Assembly: GCA_049724395.1 (NCBI GenBank) | Contig: JAUGWO010000045.1 | Coordinates: 62,001-126,000 of the forward strand | Direction: 5' to 3' | Origin: Spongospora subterranea f. sp. subterranea | Taxonomy: Eukaryota | Length of the DNA stretch: 64,000 bases | Part shown: positions 48,718-62,273 of the stretch, piece after piece | Position numbering within the stretch: position 1 is the stretch's first letter | Layout: every line of letters begins with the position of its first letter | The notes under the pieces: generated by a model | The model's database searches: none | Seen by the model: only the letters and a program-made list of their open reading frames with translations | What the model was told of the DNA's origin: nothing | Translations under genes and position numbers: made by a program

Positions 48718-50268
48718 ATGACAATCACAGCGATAATAGGATCGCAATGGGGAGATGAAGGTAAAGGGAAGCTGGTTGACGCTCTGTCGTCGCAATGCGA
48801 TGGTGTCGCCAGGTTCAACGGCGGCGCCAATGCCGGCCATACCATTGTCGCCAATGGGGCTAAGTTCGCATTACATCTTTTGCCATGTGGTGTTCTGTAT
48901 CCTGGCACGGTCAATATTATCGGCAACGGCACCGTCATACATATACCATCATTATTGACGGAGATGACGATGCTGAAAAATCATGGAATCCGCTGTGGGC
49001 CAGATAGGATTAAAATTAGTAGCAGGGCCCATCTGCTGTTCGATTTTTATCAAGTACCCTCACTATTGTTTGAGAAACATTCGCCGTGTTGATCGCTTCT
49101 TCAGGTTATCGATTCGCTTCAAGAAACTCGTCGCGCTGAAGGAAGTCTAGGCACTACCAAACGCGGTCAAAACATCCTATGCTAGATCCGACCATGAATC
49201 TGATATTCACGATATAAGGCATTGGTCCATGCTATGCGTCCAAAGCTACACGCGATGGGATGCGAATATGCGATCTTGCAGGAGATTGGGAGCGATTTCA
49301 GGACCGATATTTACAACTCCTGAAAACGATGACGTCGCAATATCAGTTTGAATATGGCGATCAAGCCAATGCAGAACTAAAACGATTCAAGCAATATCGA
49401 GTAGATCTTCTTCCTTACATAACCGATACCGTTGTTTATATAGCAAAAATGCTCTCAAATCATCAGACGATTTTGGCCGAAGGTTACCATCATGGCATTT
49501 GAAATTCGCTCATTAATTAAATATATGAACAGGCGCTAATGCAGCTTTATTGGATGTCGATTGTGGTACATATCCTTTCGTCACCAGTAGTACGACAACC
49601 ATCGGAGGGGTTTGCACAGGACTGGGAGTCTCTCTGCGAGCCATTAGGAATATTATCGGCGTTGCAAAGTCGTATACGACACGGGTCGGTGCAGGGCCAT
49701 TTCCTACAGAGATTCTAGACAGCGTTGGGTTGACGCTTCGAGACGTAATTTTCTAGATGTTTTTTTTGAAAAATCCAAACAACAGTTATCCCCATAGGTT
49801 GGACAAGAATTTGGAACAACAACGAAAAGACCTCGAAGATGCGGTTGGCTTGATATCCCTTTGTTAAAGTACTCTAATCATTTAAACGGTTATGACGCTC
49901 TAAACCTTACCAAACTCGATGTGTTGACCGGAATTGATCCAATCATGATTGGTGTTGATTACGTTGTTGACGGAATTCGCCTTGCCGATGGCCACATGCC
50001 CAGGTCTCTTGAAATTTGTTTCAATTATTTTATCGTCAGTAATGCCAACTAAAACTAACTTGATAGCGCATTACAAGATCTCAACAAAGTGGTAGTTGTT
50101 TACGAGAAAATGCCTGGATGGAAACGCGGCATAAGCCAAGCTCGAACAATGTCAGACCTTCCTGACGAGGCTCAAGCTTATATACGACGAATTCAGGAAC
50201 TTCTTGGTATCCCGATCAAATATATCGGGGTCGGACCCGATCGAGATGAGTTTATCGTTTCCGAATAA
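48718..50268 (+). CDS. ADSS: Adenylosuccinate synthetase, multi-exon
   Basis: [68 protein letters not shown] and LTKLDVL. Confidence 0.97.
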
Positions 50269-50311
50269 ACACTTGAACAAAGTCTCCATAGCTTGACGTT
50301 TATTACGGGGA

Positions 50312-50938
50312 TCATCTGTTCACCCATTGATAATCATATAATTTGTCATCTGCTAATCGGATTGCCGTATGCAAGCAGATTGTATAGAATGCTATTGCCA
50401 CTGCAAAACACGTTTATGAACAAGCTATCACATAGTAATCTTATGTCCCTACCGCAACTTTGAACATATATTAAGAGGGGGAAAGTGTCCGATTCCCATA
50501 GCGTCATCACTTTGCCATTTCCCGATAACGTGAGAATGTTTTGAATTCGGATTGCAAGCGTCAAGGCCATATAGATTGGTAAAACAACGAATATTGGCTT
50601 GAGCTCAGAACATAGAATGCCAAGAAGTCCATAACCGAATAAGAACGTATCCCACATGAGCACGAATATGACGAACAGATCCACAAGCAACAACGAGATC
50701 TGCACACTAAAAATATTGAGCGAAACATCATGCAGGAAATTATATGCTGGGCCACAATACATCGAGATGATGGACGTGGCAGACACAGAGTTCAATATTC
50801 CAATTAGTGAATTGAATAATACATCTGCGACTAGGAAAATGCATAGGAAATACACCTAACATATTGGAGGGTCAACACAATATTCAGATGTCGATATATC
50901 GCGATCCACGAAACCTTGATAGCGTAAACATTGACCAT
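50312..50938 (-). CDS. TMEM138: Ciliary transmembrane protein TMEM138-like, 3 exons
   Basis: DVLFNS, MWDTFLFGYGLLGIL, IYMALTL, LW...LIYVQ and last exon AIRLADDKLYDYQWV parallel TMEM138. Confidence 0.75.
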
Positions 50939-51170
50939 GTTGAATATAGCACCATCTACTGCATGATCAAGGAAGCGATTTGTATTTCTGTGAGGAGAAG
51001 CCCAACCGGACTGTGATTCACAAATACTTTTTCTGCAGATCTCAATGATTACCACATTCTATCAACGAAAAACAAACACCAATCAATGAAACACACATCA
51101 CAAGGTGTCCCAACAATGAACAAAGGCGACTGGGTCAATTTATTGCAAATCATAGACTGTGAAAATGCAA

Positions 51171-52049
51171 TTATAGACCTTTGGCTTTTCGCTCAGCAGC
51201 GTATTGTCCATAGTGAAGAGTGTTCATGTCGTCAGAAAACATCTTCGTCCACCCGGCTTCTTCAATAAGGTAAACGTTGATGGTACCACCAGAATATGCA
51301 TCACGGTGAGTTGCATGATAAATTGCCCGTTTGCCAAGCTCGACAGCTTCTTCCTTGGTCATATCCGGTTTGTAATGAGTATCGAGTACACCATAGGCAT
51401 ATGTGCTACCACTTCCAACTGAGAACCGTGGTCCTTTCATACGGGTGCCCTTATCATCAATATAATAGAGTTGTGGACCTCGCTGATCCCATCCACCAAT
51501 CATTGTACCACACGAAAGACCACGTCCGCGATACTGGAAGAAGATATTACAGAGGATCTTGGACGCCGCTGCAACGGAAATGTTCTCGCCATTGCGTAGT
51601 TGATAGAGGCGACATTCAGTGGCCAAATGGCGTTCCCAGTAGGAACAATCAGCAGCACCTCCAGCCATGGTTCCGAGTAAGCGTTCGTTGATTTCAATGA
51701 CTTTCTTTACGGTACCAGAGCCAATATAAGATCCCATTGAAGCTCGGGAATCAACGGCAATTAGCACACCACCTTTGAAAACAAACCCTAACGTTGTTGT
51801 TCCATGCGCGTACTTCATGTCAGGTGCGATGGGATTAGAATAATCTGAGATATTTCTGCCGATCTCCTGAACAGCAGAAGATTTGCTATTCGCCTTCTGA
51901 GACTTTGAGCGAGCCTCTTCTGCAAGCTTGATGACCGCCGCTGGGGGCTCGACAGGGAAAACAGTCATGGTGGGAATTACAGCCAGCGAGCCATACTCAG
52001 AGGAGGAGCGGCATTCATCTTGACGGATGAGCGAAAGAATTGAAGCCAT
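51171..52049 (-). CDS. PSMB5: Proteasome subunit beta 5
   Basis: Propeptide, then [35 protein letters not shown] and RDAYSGG. Confidence 0.98.
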   Translation of the reverse strand: MASILSLIRQDECRSSSEYGSLAVIPTMTVFPVEPPAAVIKLAEEARSKSQKANSKSSAVQEIGRNISDYSNPIAPDMKYAHGTTTLGFVFKGGVLIAVDSRASMGSYIGSGTVKKVIEINERLLGTMAGGAADCSYWERHLATECRLYQLRNGENISVAAASKILCNIFFQYRGRGLSCGTMIGGWDQRGPQLYYIDDKGTRMKGPRFSVGSGSTYAYGVLDTHYKPDMTKEEAVELGKRAIYHATHRDAYSGGTINVYLIEEAGWTKMFSDDMNTLHYGQYAAERKAKGL

Positions 52050-52389
52050 AATTCACAGATCCTTTTGACTTGACCTTACCCTGCAAGGTTCCTAATGTTT
52101 ACATTGGTGTATACATACCCGACCCAGGTGGGTTGGGTATCACCGGGACTGTGGCAACCGCGCCCACTCATATTGTATCCTGGCCCACACATGCACTGTA
52201 GCTTGGCGTAAAGTGAACTTAATAGGATCAGGTGGTTTCACTTGTTTTGAATTTTTCACGTCTTTACTAATTTCACTGTTTTTTCCTTTAAATACGCTGC
52301 AGATTTGCCCGCTGGCTCTTGATATTTGCGTTGCGTTTTCTGAATACAAAAATCTAATTATAAAATTTTTGTTGAAGTTGAACCATCAA

Positions 52390-53900
52390 TATTAAGCCAC
52401 TGTGGGATGGAATCTAGTAATCATTTCTTGAAATTCTTGGTGGATGCGGCATTGCACGTAATTCACTCTGGACATCTTCCAGCAGCGAGTTGACTGTTAT
52501 TGCTAATTGAATATCAACTGATTCCTATGCCACAGCAGACTCACCATTAAACTTCATCACGCTTCCAAAACTAGAACGACGTACCTCAAAGCATATATCT
52601 TTGAGAACTGAAAGTCGTAGCTGGTTGGACTTGTTCACCAATGTGTTATATTTTTCATTCATTTCGGGGCCCCATTTTGTAGCCATTGATATAACTTCAT
52701 GAACAGAGGATCCGGGATTATATTGTGGAAACGGACAATCGTTCAACTTTTCATGCAGTTTGATCTCGTCCTTAATGTTTGGCATTGATTCAAGTGATTC
52801 TTCATCATCAAATTCACCAAATTCGTCAGACTCATTGAGTATATCGTGAACAACGTCTGGAGATGTTGTGGTAGAAAAATGTTTGCTAAGGGAGGGAGGA
52901 TAAGGGGAATTTCTGCTCGTCTCGATCAAAGATTGCAGTATGTCTGCTTGAAATGCTTGTATTGAGTCATTTGTCAATTCGGCACGAACCAAATCATAAA
53001 GGGCTTCGACAGGCAAATGATGTGATCGAGTACAAAGCAATACTAAGCATGAAGAAATCATAAATTAGATACATGTTCATGATATAACCTACCGAGGGAT
53101 TGGAAAATAATGTCTTCTCCTACTTTCTCCTGCAGTTTTTCGATGTTTAACCCGTTGTTGTTCATCTCGTGCTCCGACGTTGGAACAGATTCAACAGGAG
53201 CGATATTTTTAGGGATGATATTTCCTGTGAATGTGCACATTTAGTCTATTTCGATTGGAATGTCTAATGTAGATACCTGACCATTGTTAGTTGATGAGAC
53301 AGTCAAAGGGGAAACAGTAGCCGAAGAGTTCGCCAGCATTGGTACCGTTTCAGGGTGGGGTTTTACCGACTCAGGTTCTTCTTCAGAATCATCATCAATC
53401 AGTGCTGATTTTAACGGCAACGATTGGCGATTGTCGTCTCCGAACAGGTCTCCAAACCCGATGGTTAATGCTGCCACCTTGTTCGACTTAGTCAGCCATT
53501 GTCTAATCGCTCCGGTTGCTACCGTAATCGCGAACAAGAATGTGATTGTCATTACCCAGCTGAAGATATAGCTCAGCATTGATTAATGAAAACACGATAC
53601 CACATAGGACAGTTGCGGTAATGTTATGTGGAGTCATTGTCACCGACTAGGAGTAACTGGTAACAAGAGTCAATGGAAAGATTATTGACAATAAAACGTG
53701 AAACTGATGACTTTCTCACGTCGTTCGCGACCTGATGCATGCGGTTGTTGCAACAGAGAGTTTTCGGGACAGCAGGATATGGTTGACCCGCATTTGCGAT
53801 AAAATGTGCAAATGCAGGAAGTGTGACGTGGAGTCGATCTACAAGTTGCGTCGGCAACACTCATACTTGTCCTTAATGGCACAGCAACATGGCCCAAACG
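52390..53900 (-). CDS. Hypothetical multi-exon protein (boundaries uncertain)
   Basis: Four consecutive minus-strand ORFs separated by intron-sized gaps. No family recognised. Confidence 0.45.
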
Positions 53901-53966
53901 ATGTAATTTTGCCATGAACCTCTAATGATATTCCTTGTAAAACCAAATAAATAAATTTTTTATGCA

Positions 53967-56144
53967 TTAAGTTTTGGCAATCTCGACAAGCTCGGCAAGT
54001 CCAATAGCGTGCCATTCATCTAGATTCATACGTCCTTTTGGAGTATAATGTATACAATTGTTATCAAGATAAATATTCGCGGTTCCGAATTTGAAAATTT
54101 GTTTCCCATGATATCGTCCGAATTTAACATTGGGGACAAATTCCAGATCATTCATCTCCGCGTATCGGCTGACAAGATCTCTTAGGGACAGGATGGTATT
54201 ATCATCGTCAGTCGCAAACGTAGCAGCAGGTCGGGCAAAAGTGTCTTCGCCGATGGAAGTCGCCGGAGTTGATGAATTTTGAAGACGTAAAAGCCGATCA
54301 GAATCGATTTTCTGTAAAAATCTGTGCAGAGTTGATACAGGATCTTTTCCAGTAGTAGCATCGTACATCAGCACCAAAATAGAGCGAAAAATTTGACGTA
54401 CTCTAGGTAAACACATAAAGTTATCAGAAAATTGGCCCTTCCAGCTGCGATACCATGATATGATTGCGGCATAATCAGGAAGCTTGGAAATCCAGCTTTG
54501 GATCGACTTCAGAATTCGCGGCCAAAAACTAATTTCGAAAATGTCTAATATTGCAGATTCGCCAATCAATGGCTGCCATGATAAGCACCAGTGAACAGCA
54601 GGCATATCGACTACGGGGCTTCCCATTTGAAGAAGTTGGTCGGATAAAGATTGACGTAGTTTGGGAATAATTGATCCTGTTAAAATCCTATTTAGATCTC
54701 TTGACCTGAAAATCGTCCTCCAAGGCATAAGCGCATCCAGCGCCTTAGAATCATCCGGTGTCCAAGCAACCAGTGATCGCATAAACCTCTTGATGATGCT
54801 TTCGTGAACAGAGTGAAGTCGCTCTTCACCGAGAACAGGAAGCCAGGGATGTGCCCATATATGAGTGGGCGCTTTCAACGGATTGCATTTCTCAGCAAAT
54901 CGCAGAAGCTGGGGAATAATTACGGTGTCATAAACAGTGTTAAGCGAAGAAGTAAACAGTGCAGGGGTCCAAGCGTCAATGGCAGGAGCGAGTTCATGAC
55001 CATCGTCAACAACATCAAATGAAACCAACGACGAACGTAGTTTAGGCAAAATTAGCCGGTCACAAATATTGTCGTATATCGGAGTCGGTAATAGTAGTCG
55101 CCAGCGCTGAAATAAGGCTGGCAAATCACCATAGCTTGATAATATGTCAACTGCTGCAATAGACTCATTCATAACTGGAAAAATCAAGGATGAAACAAGT
55201 CCTTCAAGAGAGAACTCGCGATACTCTTGTTGAAAGCGATGCTGGAGTGACTCAAAAACATCGGCAGCATCATTCAAAGACAACCGACTGGAACCACTCC
55301 CTTGCATCTTGGAAGCAAACGTAGTGACAATGGCTTGCACCTTTTCGAGGCGGCCGATTTCTGCTGCTCCGGACGTGATCTTTGATTGAACAATGTTCTG
55401 CCGAGTAATCAGGGCGTCAATCTCGTGGTCGTTCATCAGACGACGACGTTCAAGTTTACCAAGCTCAGATTCTGATAGCTGAACGATTAGTTTGAGATTG
55501 TGTTCCAGTTCCGGAAGCAGTGACGGTAGTGGAACCGATGCGAGTTCATCTTCATCTTCGTCAACATCATAGTGTTGTCCTAGGGTTTTCAATTTTGCAC
55601 CTCGTGCGCTGGTCATATCCATAACCGTAGCAGCGCCTGGTATTTTGCCGTCTCTCCTTTCTTCAAGCATTTCTTGAACTGTTTTATAAACAACTTGCTG
55701 AGCAGGACGGTCCCTACGCCACTCTTGCCTTGAATACGGTTTGACGCTCGGTGGCTTTTTCGTTGCTTTTTGTTTTGGCTCAAGCTTGGTATCGACATTA
55801 TCAAACCCTAATCCCATTCCAACTGGCCTTTGCTTCGCTTGAATTGGGGCAGCAATACCGGTCCCGGTTTTGCCCAGCCGATCTTTAAACCCGAACTTTT
55901 CAAGATATTTGCTGCCAAACCCTTTCGTATATTTTTCAAATTCAGGTTTTACAGCGGCCCTGGCGACTCCATTGCCATTTTTGTCATTCCGACCATTAGT
56001 AGCTGAGGATGCCGTTTCTGAGTGGTTGGCCCCAACCGAAACAAAATTTATCGGCACTTTCGCTGTCTGGGTTCCAAACTCAGGACCCCTTGTTTTCTTG
56101 ACGAACTTCCTATTAATGAAATCGTCATCGTCCGAACTGGACAT
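53967..56144 (-). CDS. TFIP11: Tuftelin-interacting protein 11 / Ntr1 spliceosome disassembly factor
   Basis: G-patch FEKYTKGFGSKYLEKFGF...LGKTGTGIAAPI...GMGLGF, PELEHNLKL, HIWAHPWLP, helical GCFC region and C-terminal GKQIFKFG. Confidence 0.93.
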   Translation of the reverse strand: MSSSDDDDFINRKFVKKTRGPEFGTQTAKVPINFVSVGANHSETASSATNGRNDKNGNGVARAAVKPEFEKYTKGFGSKYLEKFGFKDRLGKTGTGIAAPIQAKQRPVGMGLGFDNVDTKLEPKQKATKKPPSVKPYSRQEWRRDRPAQQVVYKTVQEMLEERRDGKIPGAATVMDMTSARGAKLKTLGQHYDVDEDEDELASVPLPSLLPELEHNLKLIVQLSESELGKLERRRLMNDHEIDALITRQNIVQSKITSGAAEIGRLEKVQAIVTTFASKMQGSGSSRLSLNDAADVFESLQHRFQQEYREFSLEGLVSSLIFPVMNESIAAVDILSSYGDLPALFQRWRLLLPTPIYDNICDRLILPKLRSSLVSFDVVDDGHELAPAIDAWTPALFTSSLNTVYDTVIIPQLLRFAEKCNPLKAPTHIWAHPWLPVLGEERLHSVHESIIKRFMRSLVAWTPDDSKALDALMPWRTIFRSRDLNRILTGSIIPKLRQSLSDQLLQMGSPVVDMPAVHWCLSWQPLIGESAILDIFEISFWPRILKSIQSWISKLPDYAAIISWYRSWKGQFSDNFMCLPRVRQIFRSILVLMYDATTGKDPVSTLHRFLQKIDSDRLLRLQNSSTPATSIGEDTFARPAATFATDDDNTILSLRDLVSRYAEMNDLEFVPNVKFGRYHGKQIFKFGTANIYLDNNCIHYTPKGRMNLDEWHAIGLAELVEIAKT

Positions 56145-56978
56145 GAGGACGATGTTGTCTAGTAACCGAAATGTCCTTGCCAGATTACGATGGACTTGTC
56201 GTAAGAAAACCTAACGATGTCGGGCTGCGCTCCGCAAAAACATTTTGCGCTCACCCGGATAGTGCACTGCAGGGACCGGTATATGTACACTGCCATGATC
56301 CACATTCCATCGTATGGACCGTTCCAGACATGATCGCATTGGCTGTTCCTCATGGCCGTGAGATTTTCGCAGGACGTTGGACACGGGGAGTCGTCCACGG
56401 ATGATGCCGCGTTTAAAATGGCGTCTTCTTCTTCATCATCAACATCAAGCTGAAAGAAATACTGTGAAATAATAACAAAACTTCCAGGAACAGACTCCGT
56501 TTTCAGTCGAATTTGTTTAGTGAAAAAAGCCAACATGTTAATACTTTGAAAGTCGCTCGCAAATGAAACCGGAAAATTTTCAATGTGCAAAGACTTTCTG
56601 GGTGTCGAGATTCCGATGAAGCTTGTAATCAACGTTAGATTCATGTTAAACAAAGAGCCAACGTTTTGCCACATTGTTGCGAGCCTGCAACCTGGCGCAA
56701 GAGACCACTCAGAGACGTCAACTTGGTTCAGCTTTGTGATCCACCATTGCATGTCTCTACAGAGTTGCTTTACTCTAATTGCGATAGGATTAGGCACATT
56801 TTACCTCGCTAACCAGGCAATGCCCTGTAAATCGATGTAAAACGGTGGTGCTCGAACCATTGAATCAGTTGAATTGCATTAGCAGCAATCACGGACGGAA
56901 TACCATAAACCAGACGTCAACTTCTTTATGACCACAGAATATCACGTAGCAGTCGGAACTAGAAAGTAGGATGATTTA

Positions 56979-57680
56979 TCAGGATGTTTTAGTTGTTTTC
57001 ATCGTTAATCTTCTTACGCAAAAGTAGGCTAGCAACAGCAAATTAATCGCTGCGGTGCACCATTTTGCCTGATTTGCAATCGATCCTGTTTTCACCGCCA
57101 AAATCCAGACTGCCGACTGCGAGTTTTGCGAAAACGCCGCTGCTGCATATATTTGAAACACATTCTCAAGCAAATCGCAAGCCATAATGATGAAAGGGGA
57201 TAGAACGATGTTGCTGTTAGGGGGTAACCCTAAACTCGTCCTCGTGCCGGCGATTAAAGACGATAACAGCAGCACGTCTGAGACATGAGGTTTTTAAGGA
57301 GTAGGAAGTGTCAACGAGCTGTGTTTACATGCGGGAATATATGGGAAAAAGTCATATAATTCGATGAAAACGTAGTTTCGGCGTCCAATGGGACCATACG
57401 CGTTGAACAACAGGTCGATGTCCTTCGGGGAATACCCGAACCTGATTGTTCCACAGTTTGCTCAAGTTTGAGGTTCCGTGTGCCAATGAGGATACCTGAT
57501 ATCTGGGGGAGTCAATGTCTTTATGTCTGCACGCGAGTACGCGATAGCTTCGTCATAAACCAATCGGACCGACAGTAGATGAATGGACACGACCATTGCC
57601 AGTTCATAAAGGAACAGAAGCGATAAACGCGTTTTGGAGCGACCACAGTCGTCAATAAATTGACGCGCCTTCTCCAACAT
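56979..57680 (-). CDS. Small multi-pass membrane protein, 3 exons
   Basis: Spliced PPDI|RFGYSPKDIDLLFNAYGPIGRRNY...DFFPY...CDLLEN...ANQAKW with several hydrophobic segments. Confidence 0.6.
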
Positions 57681-57873
57681 TGATCGGTTCGCCAAACAGT
57701 TTGTCTTTGATATTCTCCACAAAACAATATCCGTTTATTTGTTTCTGGATTCTCAACTAACTGGTATTTTCAGACCTCTATGACTTGCATCTCCCATCGT
57801 CACTAATCTGGCCATCGGTATCGGGTCGGGCCAGCGCCATCCCTTCCTGGCTCTGGTCCGCCTAGAACCTGGG

Positions 57874-59702
57874 ATGGCGATTCAGCCGTCGCATTCGCCC
57901 CGTGCGTTGAACCTGTTGGATAGGCAGGGCTATGGAGCTGTGCTATATGTCTCAGCTAGTCGCCAGCTGCGATTGGAAACAGCATCAGGTCCTGTTCGGG
58001 GTATATGTGTTGATGGGTTTTCATATTTATCGGTATTACAGATCTGGAGCAATTCCGGAAGCCCCTGCCGGATCCAACTTTGTCAAAAAAAGCGGCTGCG
58101 TTTTATAGCTGCCAGAATGAGCAGATTGACGATTTTCTTGAAATGGAGGAACATATCCATAATATCACGGCTGATGTACTGTGAACCGCTATTCCTTTCT
58201 AATGCCGATGAATCTTGTCTCATGATACAGGTTCGGGTACCCCCTGTGGCACCGATTCAAAACGCTTTTTACTATCATAACGCGCGTTTGTCAACTGACG
58301 CTGACGAAGCCTTAAGCAGCGGTGGATCTTCAAAAACCACCGATTTCTGGAAGAGACAAGCACTATATGCAGTCACCCTATGTAGCTTACTGCATGTTTG
58401 TTTAGCCAGGTAGTTCATGAGAAAACCACAGATATTCGAACTCCTGATTGCACACCAACAGCGTGAATTTTCTGCTGTTCTGGATAACCGGATCCCTTTC
58501 GGTAGCGTCGTCTGCTCTAGATTCATTTCTCGACTTCATTGTGTCTGTTTTGCTGAACGTATCGGCGTGGTTAAGCAGGGTACCAGATCCATACAACTAT
58601 CCCTATGGCAAAACCAGAATTGAGCCCATCGGTATCCTATTTTTTTCAGGTTCGTGATATAGAATCTGGATACTACAAATAATCTCATTAGTTCTATGTT
58701 TCGTCAGTGATAATGGGAATTTCATCGCTTGCAGTTGTAGCCGAAGCGGCGCAAAAGATCATCAAGGTTCTGACCGGCTCCGATGCGTCGAGTAATTGCT
58801 TTGCGTTGATAAAATATTGTTCCTGAATCTGTTCAATACAGACTCTGGTGAATCAGTTCAGACGTACATTTTCGCTTTGGTATACCTACTCAATGTGACG
58901 ATAAAACTGGCCATCGTTATTCATTGCCGCATCGTTGCTCGACACACCGAATCAGCCAATAACGTCGGACTGTGCTCCACGATCGCCAAAGATAAAGCAT
59001 TCGACCTAAGTAAGATGAGCGGCAAGTGATTATTATCTCATCTGAACCTGAATTGAAAGTCACTTATTCGGCAGCGTTTGGAGCGGCTATGATATCATCT
59101 GCAAGCGAAAATAAATTATGGTATGCCATCGCTCTGGCTTCGAAACTGTAAGGCTTTAAAACTGGCAAGGTTTCTTGATCCGAGCATCGCAATAATATTA
59201 TCACTCTTGGTCGCATCCAATTGGATTTCGGACGCGCGTCAACATATCCAACGGCTCGGTAACCTGCGATAGCCAGCACATGTATTTGTGTCTGATCACA
59301 CCTCAGTTGGCAAAACGGCAGGTCCGAGAACAATTGCCCAGCTCATATATCTGGCGATCAGGCACGATGAACGGATTATGTTTGTCGATGACGTGAAAGC
59401 CGTTCATTTTGGCGAATGCCTAATGGTGAGTGAACCCTCAGGTTGAAAGCATTATCAAATGGTGGGGATTGATAGGCTGAGGTGCATGTTGGGCTATCGC
59501 CGGAAACGATTTTACGAGAGAGTCACGATATAGGGGAAAGCCTGCAGATCAAGCTTGAAGGGTTAGAGACAATTGAAATTGCCCATGTACACAGCGTAAG
59601 ATTAGCTTTGAAAGTGACAAAATTTGCAGCCAGTGCTGATAATCGTCGTTTCAGGATTATATGTATTGTCATCCATGGAAAGAGCATAAACCAACATATT
59701 AA
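57874..59702 (+). CDS. Cation diffusion facilitator, Mn-CDF (MTP8-11-like), multi-exon
   Basis: FYSCQNEQID, TGSLSVASSALDSFLD, YNYPYGKTRIEPIG, DKAFD, WFLDPSIA, SHDIGESLQIKLE and HVH|DY. DxxxD in both metal-binding helices. Confidence 0.88.
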
Positions 59703-59865
59703 CTACCTCCAAAGACTGTAGATATTGATTATGAGCCGCCAATGATATTCCAGCAAAAATGCCCACGATCAAACATTGACGTTGCAATGGTGCCCACCTC
59801 AGACCACTCATCTGTCAAGTGCACACTACCCATTTCAGAGTTAGATGAAGAGTAAAATGACCAGG

Positions 59866-60045
59866 TGAAAACGTATATTGAAAGTGAAATGATAATGAAA
59901 CGTATATCGAGAGTGTAACGATAATTGAAGCGTATATTGACAGTATAATGATACATGAAGAGTTTAATGGTGATTGAAGCGTATATTGAGAGTGTAATGA
60001 TGAATGGAATGAATGAAGCGTGTATTGAGGGTGTAACGTATAGGA
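59866..60045. repeat. Degenerate tandem repeat of about 30 bp, 5-6 copies
   Basis: Consensus near TGAAGCGTATATTGAGAGTGTAATGATA. Confidence 0.8.
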
Positions 60046-60266
60046 ATGGGGTAATGATACAGTCCCTACAGTGTGACCAGATATAGATGTAAGCGTAACG
60101 ATGCTGTTGGAGTGGAACGTGTGTGTGTCTGTGTCTTATGCAGTCCGATGCTGTCCCAATGCAGTGCTAATCGATGATGAGAGTGATCATATCCGATATC
60201 GTTCACGGAGGCCGTCGATCATAAAGATCTGTTCATGTCAAGTATATAGGGCTATAAGGGTTCACC

Positions 60267-61773
60267 ATGATCGCACAATCATATGAGGAATTCCCTCCCG
60301 GCCTGCCCAACATACATAATCGATCGGTGTCCACGACTAACGTCATCGACCCTGAAGATGATAGACCTCGAATATTTTTAGTTGGAGCTGCTAGATCGGG
60401 TAAATCATCCATTGAAAAAGTCGTATTCCAGAAAGTAGGTATACCTCATAGTTTCAAAAATATATGATAATACATCCCAATCATAGATGTCGCCTCATGA
60501 GACGTTATTTCTGGAAGCAACCCGCTCAATTGACGTGATCGATATCAATCATAATCCATTACTGAGCTTGCAAATATTGGATTTTCCTGGTGGATACGCG
60601 TTCAGTAATCATGTTGGTTAATCGTTTATTGCTGTCCGTTAAGGTGTACTTAACAGAAAAGGACTCGACACGAATGCTATCATCTTGTTCGTCTTTGATT
60701 CTGATTATTGATGCGACGGATTCTATCGACGATCGTGACGACATCAAATACTCGGTAGTGATTCAACTATATTCAGGAGTTGTTCGCCTTGCTGTATCAT
60801 TACTAAATCTCATCCGTTAAGGTGAGCTGCATTGACTTGGCGTATCGCGCTAATCCCAATATCAACATCGAGATCTTGATCCATAAAGTGGACGGAGATG
60901 CGTTTCCTTTAGAAGAGCACCAGCTCGAAGCGCAACGAGACATCCGGTATGCTCTACAGTAGTTTTTAGAAACTGGGTTCTGAATTTGTATCGGTTCGGA
61001 CAGAAGCAAAATTACAATGGAACTCCATGAATCAAATATCCAGAACGTCCATCTATCATTTCACCTCACGTCGATTTACGACCATACAATTTTTGAGGTA
61101 GTAAAATGAATTCAGTTATTCGCTCAACTCATCTGTCACGTTGTGAATAGGCATTCTCGAAAATCTACCAAAAAATGTTACCCCAGTTCGCCGTTCTTGA
61201 GAACCTTCTAGATTCGTTGATCACGAATAGTTCTATCGAGAAAGTAATCTAATTCATCTGAATGTATCCCAGGAATTTACTGTACAGCAGGCGTTTTTGT
61301 TCGACGTTAAATCCAAGATCTACGTTTGTACTGACTCCAATCCCGTGGATATGCAAACATACCAACTATGTTCCGATATGTAATTGAATCATCACTATAA
61401 TGGCAATCATCCATCCATGATGTAAACGTTCTCCTGTTCAGGATCGACGTAGTCGTTGATGTCTCATGTATTTATGGCATAAATTCTGGTCCAGATTTTG
61501 ATCATACTGCAGCCGATTGCGCTTTCGACAACGAATCGGCGGCGACAATCAGGTTAAGCAATGGCCGTAAGAACGATTTCCTAGTTATCAAAAAAATTGT
61601 TTCGACAATTGTTTATATCAGATGTCCTGTTGTTGCGAGAAATGGGCAAGTATCTTGCATTAGTCTGTCTAATGAGGGAGAAGTCGTTCGACAAAGCAGC
61701 ATTAGTCGAGTACAATATCAACTGTCTCAAGATCGCAATCTACAATCTTTGCGATGGCCTGGATCGCTCATAG
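60267..61773 (+). CDS. Rag GTPase RagC/D (Gtr2), multi-exon
   Basis: [60 protein letters not shown] and [17 protein letters not shown]. Confidence 0.93.
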
Positions 61774-61916
61774 TGCAGTATTCACTTTTTTTTAAATATC
61801 TTACATTCGAAATTATCTGATAAATTTTTCTTCTAAATCGAGCTTGGACATTTCGGGGCGGAGTCCGTATTCAGAATCGTGATCCTGGTTGGGTCAGTCA
61901 GAGCTCGTTGCAATTG

Positions 61917-62183
61917 ATGCCAGGTCGAGATCTAGCCCATTTCCTGCTAGGATATCAAGCCCGTTCGCTATATCGAACATGGAGAAGGGAGGCCTCACGA
62001 GCCTGCGACGAATCGGTTCGTAATCATCTACTGGAGACGATCAGACTCGAGTTCGAGCGAACACAGCACGTTCAGGATATTGTCCAGATCAGGTTTTTGT
62101 TAGCCGATGGCAGAGTGAGACTGAAGGAGTTGGCCAATATTATCGGAGCGTCTGGCTCTGCTGGTAACAAGATTCCAAAATGA
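61917..62183 (+). CDS. LYR-motif protein (LYRM2-like)
   Basis: HFLL...ARSLYRTWRR...IRLEFER...IRFLLADGRVRLKEL. Confidence 0.8.
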   Translation: MPGRDLAHFLLGYQARSLYRTWRREASRACDESVRNHLLETIRLEFERTQHVQDIVQIRFLLADGRVRLKELANIIGASGSAGNKIPK

Positions 62184-62273
62184 TCAAGTAAAAAAAAACG
62201 TATGTTGTTATTGACGAGAGATGTGCCGATATAATTATTAAACAAGTTGACAGTGTATTAAATATCTGCAGAC

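Noticed and set aside
56159..56840. Overlapping ORFs on both strands between TFIP11 and the membrane protein gene
   Set aside because: No recognisable motif and the coding strand could not be decided.
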